Shown here one piece after another: positions 30,411-45,077 of a stretch of 64,000 nt of DNA (positions are counted from its first letter, which is position 1; each line of letters opens with the position of its first letter). Under the pieces are notes generated by a model that was not told the DNA's origin, searched no databases, and worked only from the letters and a program-made list of their open reading frames with translations. Made by a program: the position numbers and the translations under genes. The DNA is from Octopus vulgaris. Lineage: Eukaryota. Location of the stretch: positions 5,580,001-5,644,000 of the forward strand of contig OX597834.1 in NCBI GenBank assembly GCA_951406725.2, read 5' to 3'.

Positions 30411-31058
30411 TCTTCCTTTTACCTATCATGTAGAAGCACGTATGAATTCATTATTTTATTTATTTCATTCAACTTTTAAAAAAAAATCGAAGCATGTTTT
30501 TGACAATTTTGGTGGGTATTAAACTTACGTTGTGTATGACTTTAAGCCCACCCTGTACTTAAAATTTTGCATAAGGCTAAAATTTCAACTCTGTTGTGAA
30601 ATTTTAAGCGAGTAGTTATTCGTCTTGTTTCTAACTTGATAGCAAAGTAATTACAGGACTTTTAATCCGTAACTGGAAGCAGTTTCGTTGTGTTTGCATA
30701 TAGCCATGTTATATTCTTTGATATGAGATTATTGAGACTGTGTCGATAATCATATAATCCCAAAGCATTAATTTATTTACTGATGCTAAAACTTCATTAA
30801 CAATATTTACCTGCCGTGTGTTTCATGCATGTTAATGCAAATATAAAAAAAAATGTTATCTGTTTTTGCATGGGGGATAAAGGAATATACCACATGTTTC
30901 TCTACATGACAATTCAATTGATAAATGTGGGATTCATTTTCTACCAAATATTTTTGCTTATATATTTTCACGCTACTTCCCTATTTCAACCGTTTGGATA
31001 CTCGACAATGCGTAACTCACAGTCACGATTCAAGAAGCTTCAGCTTCTAATAACATAG

Positions 31059-31443
31059 GATGGAAGCACTCCGTCGGTTACGACGACGAGGGTTCCGGTT
31101 GATCCGATCAACGGAACAGCCTGCTCGTGAAATTAACGTGTAAGTGGCTGAGCACTCCACAGACACGTGTACCCTTAATGTAGTTCTCGGGGATATTCAG
31201 CGTGACACAGAGAGTGACGAGGCCGGCCCCTTGAAATACAGGTACAACAGAAACAGGAAGTAAGCGTAAGAGAAAGCTGTGGTGAAAGAGTACAGCAGGG
31301 ATCACCACCATCCCCTGCCGGAGCCTCGTGGAGCTTTAGGTGTTTTCGCTCAATAAACACTCACAACGCCCGGTCTGGGAATCGAAACCACGATCCTATG
31401 ACCGCGAGTCCGCTGCCCTAACCACTGGGCCATTGCGCCTCCA
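31059..31443 (-). mobile_element. SINE family C, full length
   Basis: TSD CTAATAACATAG at 31047-31058 and 31444-31455; tRNA-like A and B boxes. Confidence 0.92.
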
Positions 31444-32146
31444 CTAATAACATAGAATAACACACAGAAAATCAAAAATCACATATCAAACAAACCAAAC
31501 AGCAAAAGAAATATAGCTACAAAACATCAACATCGTCATCTTTATCATCGTTGTCATCATCGTCGTCGTCATCATCATCATCGTCATCATCACTACCGAC
31601 ATCATCTCCTCAACAACATATTTGATAAATTCCAAAGGTACGTGTAGTTGAGGAGGGAAGAAAATTGTGAAATCATATTGACGATGGAATTAGAAAAGAA
31701 ATTCAAAAGTTTGTATTAACAAATATTATTTTCACTTTTGTTAGTCACAAAATTAAATTTGCATGGTATTTACCAAATATAATAGAAAGACTATTCTTTT
31801 ATTTCATTATTTTATTTTCTCACTTGTCAGATATGTCTACTAAAAAGGTTTCTATAATATATGAGTGTTTCAATAGATGTTTTCATATATGTTGCTGTAT
31901 GTTAGTTTACATAGGCGGAAAGTATAGTAATAGTTTGTCATACGAATGTTTGTGAGTGAATGTATGCTTGTATATATGAGTGGATGAAACTGTGAGCGAC
32001 TATATTCATCTCTGTGTATATTGGGATATATTGGTTTATATATGTAAGCTTATGTCAATATGTCCTTTTTTGTATTTATAGCCCATCAGAGGCTGTTATA
32101 TTTATTAGAATCTTATATATGTGTTCGAATGCATATGTATATGTTT

Positions 32147-32221
<75 letters not shown>

Positions 32222-32369
32222 TGTGTGTGTGTGTGCAATATAAATATACAGGTATGTAATCTATGTAGTTTTGTAATCACGTGTAAGTACATACCTCTCC
32301 ATCACTAAATTCCGATATTTGCCATTTTCTTTTTCAATCATATCTACATATATATATATATATACATAC

Positions 32370-32451
<82 letters not shown>

Positions 32452-33040
32452 ATATATATATATATATATACATATGTATATATATAGATATATATATGCA
32501 CACATACATACATACGTGTGTATGTGTGTGTGTGTATGTACATAATACCAAAAACCGTCACCATTAACTTCAAAATAAAACCAATTTATCTAGAAAATGA
32601 GACTGTAAACGTCTTGACAAATATTGGCATTGGTATATTCATAGATGTATTTGGTTACTATCGCATGCATAAATACACACACACACACACATACACACAT
32701 ACACACACACACACACAATTACACATACATATATATGTTGCATACGTATACATCCATGTGAAGAGGCACTGCCTTTCATTCTAGCATGTAATATTAACAA
32801 TATGACTGAGTCGAAGTTTTATATCTTTTTATAACTTATTTTCGCGTTTTTCTTGGTTCGTTCTTTACTGTTCGTCTTGAACATTTGTGTTACTCTGTTT
32901 GTTGAGATTCGTTCGTCAATCAACGGCTTCAGACCATTACAGCCTCGTCTTTCAGATGAACCGGTTTCATTTTGAAGTTAATGATGGCATTTGTTGCTAT
33001 CTATGTGCATATATAGAAGCGTCCATACATTCATGCATAC

Positions 33041-33140
<100 letters not shown>

Positions 33141-33164
33141 TTTATAGAAGGAGCTTCTACAGGA

Positions 33165-33200
33165 CTAGAACTGTTTCATTCAAAAGAAATCATCAGGCTA
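33165..33200 (-). ncRNA. Possible degenerate minimal hammerhead
   Basis: Minus: TAGC-CTGATGA-TTTC(TTTT)GAAT-GAAAC-A-GTT-CTAG; weak helices. Confidence 0.35.
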
Positions 33201-33251
33201 TGTATTGAGTACCTTATTTACTGTGGTTAACCCCGACTCAACCCGGGACCT

Positions 33252-33300
<49 letters not shown>

Positions 33301-33692
33301 CTAGCAGTATCGCCCGGCGTTGCTCGTGTTTGTAAGGGAAATAACTATATAAGCATTTATAGAGATGTAAAGTGTAATAGCCATCTCAATATGGCTAACT
33401 ACAAAAGGGCGTGGGGTTACTGTAGATTTTTACGTTCTGAGATTTAATAATAAATTTATAGAGAGTTACTTCCCTTATATATGCCAAAAATGCATTAAAA
33501 ATGGGAAAAATTGATGGTAATTTTTTTTTTAAATCGTAGACTCATCGTAGACGCGCGCTAATACCCAGAAGGGCTCGATATGAATCACGACTATAAGATA
33601 CCCGGTGTTTGGTTAAACTGCACCGCAAAATGTGGGAGTAGTTAGGAATCTAAATCGTAGGAGACAGACAACCTCACTTTTATATATAAAGA
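33301..33692 (-). mobile_element. Non-autonomous Helitron
   Basis: Minus strand starts A|TC and ends CTAG|T; subterminal GC-rich CGAGCAACGCCGGG; no TSD. Confidence 0.8.
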
Positions 33693-33833
33693 TATGAATA
33701 AATGAAAGAATGGAGTCGAACGAAGATGTTAACAAAATTCCTTTACTCTCGACATATGTTTCGAAACATATGTCGAGAGTAAAGGAATTTTGTTAACATC
33801 TTCGTTCGACTCCATTCTTTCATTTATTCATAT
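33692..33833. repeat. Perfect 142-bp spacerless palindrome
   Basis: Centre GTTTC|GAAAC at 33762/33763; arms match base by base. Confidence 0.92.
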
Positions 33834-33990
33834 ACAACACACAAATTTCTGCACATGAACCCGGAGTTTCTACCCAGGGACAGGTCGCTTCAACCGTGTT
33901 TCTGACGTGAATTTGCTACCCAGGTTTCGGTTCAACGAATTTTCCCTGCTGACGATAAACATAGGATAATTCAGTCACCTATTTAAATAT

Positions 33991-34026
<36 letters not shown>

Positions 34027-34031
<5 letters not shown>

Positions 34032-34240
34032 TAATCCAAACAAGAAAGCACAAAAAACACAACAACGCGAGGACGTGGAACAAATATAGTATTATTGGAC
34101 GCTCAGGAAAGAAGGAAAGAAGGAGGCTTTAACGTTTCGAGCGGAGCTCTTCGTCGGTAACATAGGAGAAGGAAAGATCCAGAGAAGGGAAGACAGAGGA
34201 AAAAAAATCGCCAACGGTACACACGAGGTCACATTTTGAT
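34027..34240 (-). mobile_element. Short PLE-like repeat with variant hammerhead
   Basis: Minus: CCGACGA-A-GAGC(TCC)GCTC-GAAACGTT; abuts (TA)n. Confidence 0.5.
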
Positions 34241-35353
34241 ATATATAATTACACATACACAATGCATCCCATCGTTCCCCGGGTGTTATGACCTACAACC
34301 ATATTGTATTGTTTATTCCTTTTTTTATGGGCAGAATCAGTATAGCTGATGTATAGTGAACTGGATTATTGGTGTAATGGAAGCTATTGTTTGTTTAAAG
34401 GGAGAGGTTACAATTTGTATGGGTTTGCATGAAATTGCTTTCTGTTCTTAAGAAGGATCACTAGCTATGTACTGCTTCATCGATAAATGGGGGCTAATAA
34501 AATTTTGTCCAGAAATCACGTTTTCAAACTTTTAGTTTCCTCCCGTCTCGACTGCAATTTCTTAATAAAACTTTTTAACGAAATGTTTTCTTTTATTGTT
34601 GTTTTTCGGAATGGTCATTTTGCCAGTTTAGTCAATAAAAACACACGCACTATATATTATATATTTGGTGTTACTTTGCTTCAGTGTTATTTATTTTTTA
34701 CACTAAACTTAATCTTATTTCTTTTATTCATGTAGAAAAATACAGAGATTACGAATCTGGGAAATATTTTTTTAAGTTTAATTTTTCATAAAGAAATACT
34801 CATTGACCCTTCTCCCCACCTCGCCCACCCATCACCTACCCGCTTTCAAAAAGCTAAAAACACCATATGTTTTATTTTCGTATGATGTTTCACGCATGTA
34901 CTGAAAAAGCAGACGTAAAAAATTTTAGAGCACCACTAGAAAACCTAACATGCTAGAAACAGCAGCTAAACTATATTATTTCTGAAGAAACTTTCCCGCT
35001 TTCCAAAAAGCTAAAAGTGAAACATTGGGAGTTTGTGGCGTTTTGAAAGTGGTGAGAAGATGGGTGGATGTTTGGGAAGGAGATTCTTGCGCTTTTTCTC
35101 CGTGGATTACCAAGAAAACATTTCGAAAAAAGTAAAAATTGAAAAAAATGGGTTGGTGGAGAAATTTAGGAAAAAATCAGAGGTAAGGCGCAAATGTCAC
35201 CTCGGACAGAATACAAACAACAGGTAAAGGACAGGACATCCTTTTAAATTTCTATCGAAGTTCAGGTTTTTAAATACATTCATCACAAACACGAATTACA
35301 GGATAGAAAAAAGGTGATTTCAATTGGATTTGGACTGTACGACGTTTTACCTA

Positions 35354-35400
<47 letters not shown>

Positions 35401-35650
35401 TGTGTGGGCGTGTGTGTGTCAAAGGAATTTAATTTATTGCACTCTTTGGTTTGAAGCAGGAAAGCTGTCAACTCGATCATATGTTCGACCATATGGGATC
35501 ATATGACTATTCATTAATTTCCGTAATTTTTAAAAAATTCTTTATGCTTTGAAGAGAGGAGAAAGTGAATAGGTGACATTTGCTTTGAAGTGAGAGCAGG
35601 AAGTAAAAGAGAGGAGAAAACGAAATATGTATGTACATGCATATGAAATG

Positions 35651-35696
<46 letters not shown>

Positions 35697-35859
35697 TGTG
35701 TGTGTGTGCGCGTGTGTTCGTGCTAAGTTTGATAGCTTTCATAGAAGGAAACGAAAATATAATATCCCATCGAAAAAGTACTTTGAAAAATCAAAAAAAC
35801 ATCAACTAAACTATGGCTGGGGAATAATAGTTTACTCAAAGTAATCGCCTCCAGTTTCC

Positions 35860-36794
35860 ATCAGAATTTCAAAATGGATCTAGATCCTGGTGCATGCGTT
35901 TCTCACTGTATCCTTGGGAAGATCATCGAGCACCTCCATGTGGTGGCATTTATCTCTGCCTTGGTATTGCAGATAGAGCGGTTGGTGCCTTTCTCCACCG
36001 CTCCCCACGCATTGTAATCATTGGGATTGCAATCAGGGAAATCATGAGGCCAGACAATGGGATTATGACGCCGTAGAAATTCTGAGAGCCATTTCTGACT
36101 CTTTCCAGAGGTATGGCAAAGAACTGAATCCTGCTTCCGCGCATGACCTTCCAGCAGCAACCCACTCCAACCAGGGCTTCACCACAGTATCCAGCAACTT
36201 CACATAGCCTAAAGCCCTCTTCTAATATGTGGGGCAGCACGGTATTATCCCCAGAAACGTTAGCACGCCGGGCGAAACGCGTAGCCGTATTTCGTCTGCC
36301 GCTACGTTCTGAGTTCAAATTCCGAGGTCGACTTTGCCTTTCATCCTTTCGGGGTCGATTAAATAAGTACCAGTTACGCACTGGGGTCGATATAATCGAC
36401 TTAATCCGTTTGTCTGTCCTTGTTTGTCCCCTCTGTGTTTAGCCCCTTGTGGGTAGTAAAGAAAGAGATATCATCCCCACCGGAAATATTCTCAAAGGCC
36501 ATCACATTTTGGGACAATTTGGTTTTCATGACACGTGGGACATGTCTTAAAAGCTTTTACAGCGTTCACAAAACATTACATAATATTCATAATGTCGGCA
36601 CTTTGATATCCGGCACCATTCATCATCACACAGGTAACTCTTTTTCAATATTCAGGTGGCTTCCAGTTCCGCATGCCAACTAACTTTTTTTTCAGTTACA
36701 ACTTTAATTTTTATGCTCTCAAACACCGTTGACTGTCCACTGTTCCTGTAAAACATTGAGACAAAAAATCGTCAAATTTAGACCGAACACCCTG
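35860..36794 (-). mobile_element. Tc1/mariner (maT-like) remnant interrupted by SINE-B (36254-36466)
   Basis: QDSVLCHTS and WPHDFPDCNPNDYNAWGAVE motifs; TA|CAGGGTG terminus. Confidence 0.8.
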
Positions 36795-36882
36795 TATGCA
36801 CGCGCGCGCACACGCACACACATACACACATACACACGCACACACATGTATATATGTATATGCGTGTGTGTGTGTTTGTGTG

Positions 36883-36958
<76 letters not shown>

Positions 36959-36964
36959 TAGATG

Positions 36965-37033
<69 letters not shown>

Positions 37034-37066
37034 ACTAATTGATTGATTGATAGATAGATAAGATAA

Positions 37067-37097
<31 letters not shown>

Positions 37098-37929
37098 GGC
37101 AGACAGGCAGACAGACATATAGACAGATAGACAGACAGATAGATAGATGGTGTTGATGGTGATCTATTGAATAGATCAAGCCAGATCGATGTGAGGCTGC
37201 CTATGATGGCAAGACAGTATTATTTAAATCAGCAGATTAAACAACCTATTCAGTTTGCAAAGAATGCTACGACAAAGAAAAGTTCACCGGTGCTTAATAT
37301 CCTGAAAATCCAAGACTATCCAATGTAATATTGAACTTCAGGCATGGTGTCATACAATACATAAAACAGACGATTGGATTTTATGATATATCAAAAAAAA
37401 ATGTTTCATTAACGATTTTATTGTGATGTAACATCAAACAAGTTGGCCTGAATAGACATGCAAAACTCATAAGATTATGGCAATACATTACAGAGAATCT
37501 CCTAAATCTTCAATCATACGAAATTTGAAACAGGTAACTAGTGATGAGTTGCTCAGCTGAATTTTAGTAGCACATTACGGTGTAACCCGAATATTTGGGA
37601 GGTTGTATGTAACGTGTTTACGAATTTAGCTCATCTACACCTGATTACTTTATTGATGTTAGATCACAGTAAAATCTCTTAATGAAACACTTGCATCGAT
37701 ACATGTATCATAAAATCTATTCGTCTGTTTTATTATTAGATACCACATTGAATCAAAAGTTTTTTTTGGAATTTTCACCAATAATATTTGGCAATTTGTA
37801 TCTCAATGCTGTATCGTTAATTTTGATGCAACTTGTTGTCCAATCGTGGAATTGCTTGTTTTTATTCTCGTATACAACATTTGAACATTAATTGTATATT
37901 TTTTTTACTTTACAGATTTGGTTAAAGAG

Positions 37930-38514
37930 TGATGAAGATTTGCAATTAGAGGCATTTTATGCCACCCGTGAGAAAATGACAGAGCGTAAGGGCAGCGACA
38001 AAAGAAATTAATGATGTGGTAGGCCCAGGAACTGTCAAAGGACATGTGGCATAAATCCGGTTCAGAAGTGACAAGGAATAACGTTTCGAACGCCCGCTAC
38101 CCGCATTGATCAATCAAAGATGTACACTTCTACAGCATGACAATGGTCCAGCGCACACGGCCAATGAGACGAAGTACAGAAGTGAGAAACTTGAGGGGAT
38201 GGAAGTGTTATCTCATCCTGCCGGCAGTTCAAATTTTGCACCATCAGATCGCGACCTTTTCTCGGCCTCGGCTCATTTCCAGCACAGACGGAGGTTCAGC
38301 AATGCGGATGAAGTTGAAAATTGGTACAGGGAGTTTTTTTGTCTCTAAAACAGCCAAATGGAAAATGTGTGGAAATGAGCTTCTTGCACAACGATGACAA
38401 CAGACAACATATTGTGATAGGATATATCTTGATGAATAAACACTTTTTGTAAACAACTTGTTTGAACAATTAATTACAGCTTGAAATGCGAAAAACTTTT
38501 GACTCAACCTGGTA
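37930..38514 (+). mobile_element. mariner transposase remnant
   Basis: LLQHDNGPAH and HPAGSSNFAPSDRDLF are decayed HDNARPH and HPPYSPDLAPSDYHLF; TIR-like end CTTTTGACTCAACCTGGTA. Confidence 0.8.
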
Positions 38515-38711
38515 CATTGAAACAATGTTAAATAAAGAGATAGACAGACAGATATACACATAAACAGACACACACACATAATCACATTCGAAAGAAAGAC
38601 ACTGGGATCGTAATTTTTATATCATTATTCTCTATTTTGTGTAGGGAATTTGATAAGTATATAAAGATTATGTGATGTTTTATGTAGAAATAGTTCATAT
38701 TTATACATTTC

Positions 38712-38930
38712 AAGCGGCAAGCTGGCAGAATTGTTAGTATACCGGGCAAAATACTTAGCGGCATTTCGTCTGTCTTTGTGTTCTGAGTTCAAATTCCACC
38801 GAGTTTGACTTCGCCTTTCACCCTCTCGGGATTGATTAAATAAATACTATTCGAGTAGTGGCGTCGATGTAATCGACTTACCCGTCCCATAAAATTGCTG
38901 GCCTTGTGCCAACATTTGAAATCATTATTA
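38712..38930 (+). mobile_element. Old SINE-B-related copy
   Basis: Head, B box and central domain match. Confidence 0.75.
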
Positions 38931-41288
38931 TTAATGGTTTCAAATATACTTATTTCAAGGTGGCGCTCCAGCCATGTCACAATCCAATGGCCGAAACAAG
39001 CAGGAAAATATAATAAGATAAGGACATGCTTATGGTCCAGTATAACTTTTACTATAAATGGTAGATTGTGATATAAGGGAGAGTTGGCTGCTCTTTCAAA
39101 TACTTTCAGTGTCTGTGTGTCTAGGTGTTCCTTCAGCATGAAAATTAGATGCCAACTAAATTATCTAATTCATCCTATCCATTATTCTACAATTTGAAAA
39201 GATTCAAAATGTGTTTATTGATTCAAGATTTGCCTCTACAATGAACAACACATAATGTCTAAGAATATATTTCAGAGACTCTGACAGGCCTTCTTGAGCG
39301 AGTTTTTCTTTCTTTTTTTTTTATCGTCCTACGAATCTTTGTTTTTATATTTTATGAAAACTTCTGTTCCGGGAGAACCTACTCTGCATCTTCGATAAGA
39401 ATGCCATACTTCTCTATAACTATTCTATTCAAAACAGATATCAATTTCAATTTGGTAAATTGTTTCCAGAAGATTTATTAGAGGTTAAAATCTTGTGAAT
39501 GGAATTGCCAAAACAACGTTTGACATGTATAGCCATCCGAGAAATATATCTCTTTATCTTCAGCTGAAATGTTCTTACTGACTCTGACACGACAACAATG
39601 ATATTTTCTCATTAATGACTGCTAGCTGTTAGCTTACATCTCAGCTGCTGGCATACATTCTGTCAAGGTTCATTTAGTCTATTCTGCCGGTTGTTAAATT
39701 CATAAGGGATAATGAAAGACTGACACCCAGCTCCACCTCTAGCAGGTCAAATGGCAAATATATTTATTAATAAGGTAAACTTCACTAGCTTTGGCAACAA
39801 CAGACTTTAATGACCATGTAACGCATTTCATTTCTGCATAATCTTTTGCTAGTGGTATTTATTTATAATTGTTTTTGTTTTTTATTTTCCTGTGAGCCCA
39901 GACAGGACAGGAATTATATAGTTGCGCAGATTTTGTGCCTGTGACCTGATTTCATATTTCAGTAGCAATTACTTGTGATATTTATGCCTTAAAAGATTGA
40001 TGGATACAATTTCAACTTTTTGACACCAATATGCCCAAGACAAAACAGTTTTTTTAACATACAAAACAATGCTTTTAATGTGCTTATATCTTAATTGAAA
40101 CTTTCTTTTAGGATATCATGGAAGAATCATTTGCTAAATTATATACCAAACAGGACCTAGATGTTTGAGTATTTAGGGAAACAATTTTATGGATCTTGTT
40201 AAAAATCTTCCAACCATCTGATTTTAAAAAAAACTTTTTCACCAAATTATAGTTTTGTATGCTGATGACAAAAAATACATTAATTTCTTTGTAGAAATTA
40301 TTATTAAAGTAGTTACAAGTACACCAGGTTATTTTGAAATCTATATTCTTTAAAAGTAATCAGTGAAAGTTTGAAATATTTCAGGTGGTTGGAAGAAATT
40401 TAACATGATTCAATTCTATAAAACCCTTTAAATTTGAGATTGCTTTGGGAAAATATTTGTAGTATTATATGATGAAATATTGAGATATGGTCACAAATTG
40501 ATTCATGATTTAATTTTACTTGTAGCTAAAGGACCCATAGAAATGCCTTATTTCATGAGTCACCTTATTTCTATTTTGATACATAAAGTTATTGTGCTTC
40601 GTATCTTTGTCTAATTTCGTTTAGAATTTCGAATATCTTTGATTCAGTTCTATATTTAAAGGTATTAAAAATGTAACATTCAAATTTATGGCAATATGTT
40701 AGTTAATTCAGTTATGACTTTAATAGTTAAGGTTATTTGAAGCATAACACTCAAATTAGTTTCGGTAATGTTAATGGCTTCCCTTATGCCTTTGATCTCA
40801 TTCCATCGTCAAAATTGGCAAACATTGAACACCTCACGGACAGAATAATATTATAAATAATGTAATGTTTATTTTATTAGATACTGCAAAAAAATTGAAT
40901 GTAGTTCTTTGTAAGAAGGGTTGGAAGAAGTGTCTAGTTCAGCAACAAAGAAATTAGACCAGGATGAAAATTATGTGGGAGGGATTAATGTTGTTGTTCT
41001 TGATGATGTCCTGCACTACTTCAAATTTAATTGAGCCTCCGATGAAACGTATTCAAATTGTCGACATCCCATCACTTCGTAAAGCATAGCGTATGTAGAA
41101 CAACATTTTCCAATGTGATTCTTTCCATTCTGTATGCCAAATCATGACATGAAGGAGATGCTGACAATTATTTGCTCATAGATAAATCAAACACACCGAA
41201 GCTGCTTAGTTCTGTTGTTCATTTCAAGTATTTAGAAGTAGAGAACTTCGTTAGAAGAAATATTATTGACAAAAATATAGCTTATTGA

Positions 41289-41677
41289 GTGGAAGCACTC
41301 CGTCGGTTACGACGATGAGGGTTCCGGTTGATCCGAATCAACGGAACAGCCTGCTCGTGAAATTAACGTGTAAGTGGCTGAGCACTCCACAGACACGTGT
41401 ACCCTTAACGTAGTTCTCGGGGATATTCAGCGTGACACAGAGAGTGACAAGGCCGGCCCCTTGAAATACAGGTACAACAGAAACAGGAAGTAAGAGTGAG
41501 AGAAAGTCGTGGTGAAAGAGTACAGCAGGGATCACCACCATCCTCTGCCGGAGCCTCGTGGAGCTTTTAGGTGTTTTCGCTCTCAATAAACACTCACAAC
41601 GCCCGGTCTGGGAATCGAAACCGCGATCCTATGACCGCGAGTCCGCTGCCCTAACCACTGGGCCATTGCGCCTCCAC
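41289..41677 (-). mobile_element. SINE family C, full length
   Basis: TSD ATAGCTTATTGA at 41277-41288 and 41678-41689. Confidence 0.92.
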
Positions 41678-42023
41678 ATAGCTTATTGAAGTACGTAATA
41701 AAATAGATAAATGGAAAAATAGTCTTACAGTTATTACTACGGGAATGGTTGTGTGGTAAAAGAATTTCGATTCTTATGTAAAATATTACTATATTTGATG
41801 CCATTACGAATGCGCCGGTGTATTAGACATGCCCTAATTTCAGCAACGTATATTCCGGCACATAATGTTTTTTGGTGAATTAAAGCATGTAATACAGGTC
41901 TAACTTTGCATATAGGTCACGAGGGAGCTTTTGAGACATTTTGGAGAACAAAAATGTGTTTTATGCGCCATTAAATATAGTAAGTAAAAGTGTTTTCAGA
42001 CAGTTTGTGCTGATACTCGTTAC

Positions 42024-42921
42024 GCTTTTATTTGTTTCAGTCATTTTTGACTGTGGCCATGCTGGAGCACCACCTTTATTCGAGCAACTCGACCCCGGGA
42101 CTTATTCTTTGTAAGCCCAGTACTTATTCTATCGGTCTCTTTTTGAAGAACCGCTAAGTGACGGGGACATAAACACACCAGCATCGATTGTCAAGCAATG
42201 CTTGGGGGACAAACACAGACACACAAACACACACACGCATACATATATATATATACATATATACTACGGGCTTCTTTCAGTTTCCGTCTACCAAATCCAC
42301 TCACAAGGCTTTGGTCGGCCCGAGGCTATAGTAGAAGATACTTGCCCAAGATGCCACGCAGTGGGACTGAACCCGGAACCATGTGGTTGGTAAGCAAGCT
42401 AATTACCACTGGAATTTTTTGATATATTGGCTTCAAATGGGTTTCAAATTATGGCACAAGTCCAGCTAATTTTGGAGTAGAGTTAAGTCGATTACGTCGA
42501 CTTAAATGTTCAACTGCTACTTATTTCATCGACTCTGAAAAGATGGAAGGCAAAGCCGACCCCGGTGGAATTTGAACTCGGAATGTAAAGACGGACGAAA
42601 TGCTACTAAGCATTTCTCCCACTGCGCTAACCATTCCGCCACTTCGCCGCCATGTCTTCCTTTGATATATATTGATAATCGTGACGAGTTTATTACGTCA
42701 ACTCTCTCTCTCTCTCTCTTTACTCTTTTACTTGTTTCAGTCATTTGACTGCGGCCATGCTGGAGCACCGCCTTTAGTCGAGCAAATCGACCCCGGGACT
42801 TGTTCTTTTGCAAGCCCAGTACTTATTCTATCGGTCTCTTTTACCGAACCGCTAAGTTACGGGGACGTAAACACACCAGCTTCGGTTGTCAAGCAATGCT
42901 AGAGGGACAAACACAGACACA

Positions 42922-43016
<95 letters not shown>

Positions 43017-43160
43017 GACAGGCTTTCTTTCAGTTTCCGTCTACCAAATCCACTCACAAGGCATTGGTCAGCCCGGGGCTATAGCAGAAGACACTTTCCC
43101 AAGATGCCACGCAGTGGGACTGATCCCGGAACCATGTGGTCGGTTAGCAAGCTACTTACT
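42024..43160 (-). mobile_element. Cluster: SINE-A (42024-42409), old SINE-B (42440-42652), SINE-A (42703-43160)
   Basis: Family matches. Confidence 0.88.
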
Positions 43161-43560
43161 TCATTTCAAACACTTATATCCCACGAATGTTAAGTTCAGG
43201 ACTAAATATCTTTGCATTTAAGGTTTGAAGTGCAAGACCAAATACTTTATTACATTTGTTCTTACTCTTTTTCTTGTGTATGGTTTAATCATAGGGAGTA
43301 GAGCAGTGCCAGTGAGAATACCCGAACCATCCGAAGCTGGTGATTGAGAGAAAGAGAAGGAAGTTATGGTCCTAACGATTGGAAGAGATTGACTCTGCTT
43401 GAAGTAACGAAACTGTAGTTGGTGGTTCTAAAAGAGACAATAGTTCAAGGATTTCATCCAATGACAATACATTCCACCTGACTTTGCATATATCTCCCCA
43501 ATTCACTGAAAAAATATTTGAATCTAAACTTGCCTTTACTGAAGCAAAACGGTATCAAAT

Positions 43561-43983
43561 TGAAGGCCGCGAGATGGCAGAACCGTTAGCACGCCGGGCG
43601 AAATGCTTAGCGGTATTTCGTCTGCGTTACGTTGTGAGCTCGAATTCCACCGAGGTCGATTTGCCTTTCATCCTTTCGGAGTCGATAAATTAAGCACCAG
43701 TTACGCACTGGGGTCGATGTAATCGACTTAATACCTATGTCTGTCCTTGTTTGTCTCCTCTATGTTTAGCCCCTTGTGGGTAATAAAGAAATAGGTATTT
43801 CGTCTGCGTTACGTTGTGAGCTCGAATTCCGCCGAGGTCGACTTTGCCTTTCATCCTTTCGGGGTCGATAAAGTAAGTACCAGTTACGCACTGGGGTCGA
43901 TGTAATCGACTTAATACCTATGTCTGTCCTTGTTTGTCCCATCTGTGTTTAGCCCCTTGTGGGTAATAAAGAAATAAGAAATA
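43561..43983 (+). mobile_element. SINE-B tandem dimer with TSD
   Basis: GGTATCAAAT at 43551-43560 and 43984-43993. Confidence 0.92.
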
Positions 43984-44120
43984 GGTATCAAATCTGAAAC
44001 TGTAGTTTTCGATGTTGAAGATAACTACCAACCATAGGTTACTAAATTGGGCGCTGCACATAATCTGGAAAGGATGCTTATGTCATACACACACACATAC
44101 ACACACACACTAATATATAT

Positions 44121-44353
44121 GTTTCTTTATTACCCACAAGGGGCTAAACATAGATGGGACAAACAAGGACAGACAAACGAATTAAGTCGATTACATCGAC
44201 TCCACTGCGTAATTGGTACTTAATTTATCGACCCCGCAAGGATGAAAGGCAAAGTCGACCTCGGCGGAATTTGAACTCAGAACGTAACGGCAAACGAAAT
44301 ACTGCTACGCATTTTGCCCGGCGTGCTAACGTTTCTGCCAGCTCGCTGCCTTC
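44121..44353 (-). mobile_element. SINE-B monomer
   Basis: Family match. Confidence 0.9.
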
Positions 44354-44426
44354 ACGCACACAAACATATATCAATCAATATATGTGAGTGTGTGTATGTA
44401 TTATATATATATGTGTGTGTGTTGTT

Positions 44427-44472
44427 AACACAACGTTTCGGCTGATATACCATCCAGCCTTCATCAGGAGTC
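44427..44472 (-). ncRNA. Minimal type I hammerhead (inverted copy)
   Basis: Minus: GACTC-CTGATGA-A-GGCTGG..TCAGCC-GAAACGTT-GTGTT. Confidence 0.75.
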
Positions 44473-44482
44473 TTCATCAGTA

Positions 44483-45025
44483 ACAATCTATTATGCAACA
44501 ACTACCCCCAAAGCATACTCTCCACTCCAAATAGGAACAAAAGAGAGGTGAAAGTGATAAACTGTCCACAGTCTGTGTACCTTATATGAAAGGCCTCTCC
44601 AAAAAGATACAAAAGATATGCGGCCCATATGACATCAGGAGAGTATTCAAAAGTAATACAACACTTCGCAAATATCTCCGAGTAAAACCACCAATAGAAG
44701 AGAATATGACTAAGAACTGTGTACTCCATCCCATGCAGCTGTGGTAGGTTATACAAAGGCAAAACATGCCGCCCACTCAAAATAAGGGTAGAGGAACATC
44801 GCAAAGCTGTGACACAGGGAGATATTGATAAACCAGGTATAGCTGATCATGTATGGGAAAATGGAGAGGACCTCCTCCTGTGGGATGAAGTTAAAATAAT
44901 AGGCAGAGAACACCACTGGAAAATACGGAAACTAAAACAAGCAGCATAGATGCTAGGACACGACAACCTCCTAAGCAGACCGAGAGCAGATATGAACAGC
45001 ATATGGGAACCGGTATTAAGGAAGG
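44483..45025 (+). pseudogene. PLE RT-thumb/linker and GIY-YIG endonuclease fragment (frameshifted)
   Basis: YSIPCSCGRLYKGKTCRPLKIRVEEHRKA..IADHVWE..WDEVKII..RKLK. Confidence 0.85.
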
Positions 45026-45077
45026 ATAGAAGAATATTAGATTTATAAGCCCTAAAATTTACTCCATAATTGCCTAC

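Noticed and set aside
40912-41034. GGINVVVLDD as a PIF1/Helitron helicase motif
   Set aside because: It is short and isolated, with no other helicase motifs.
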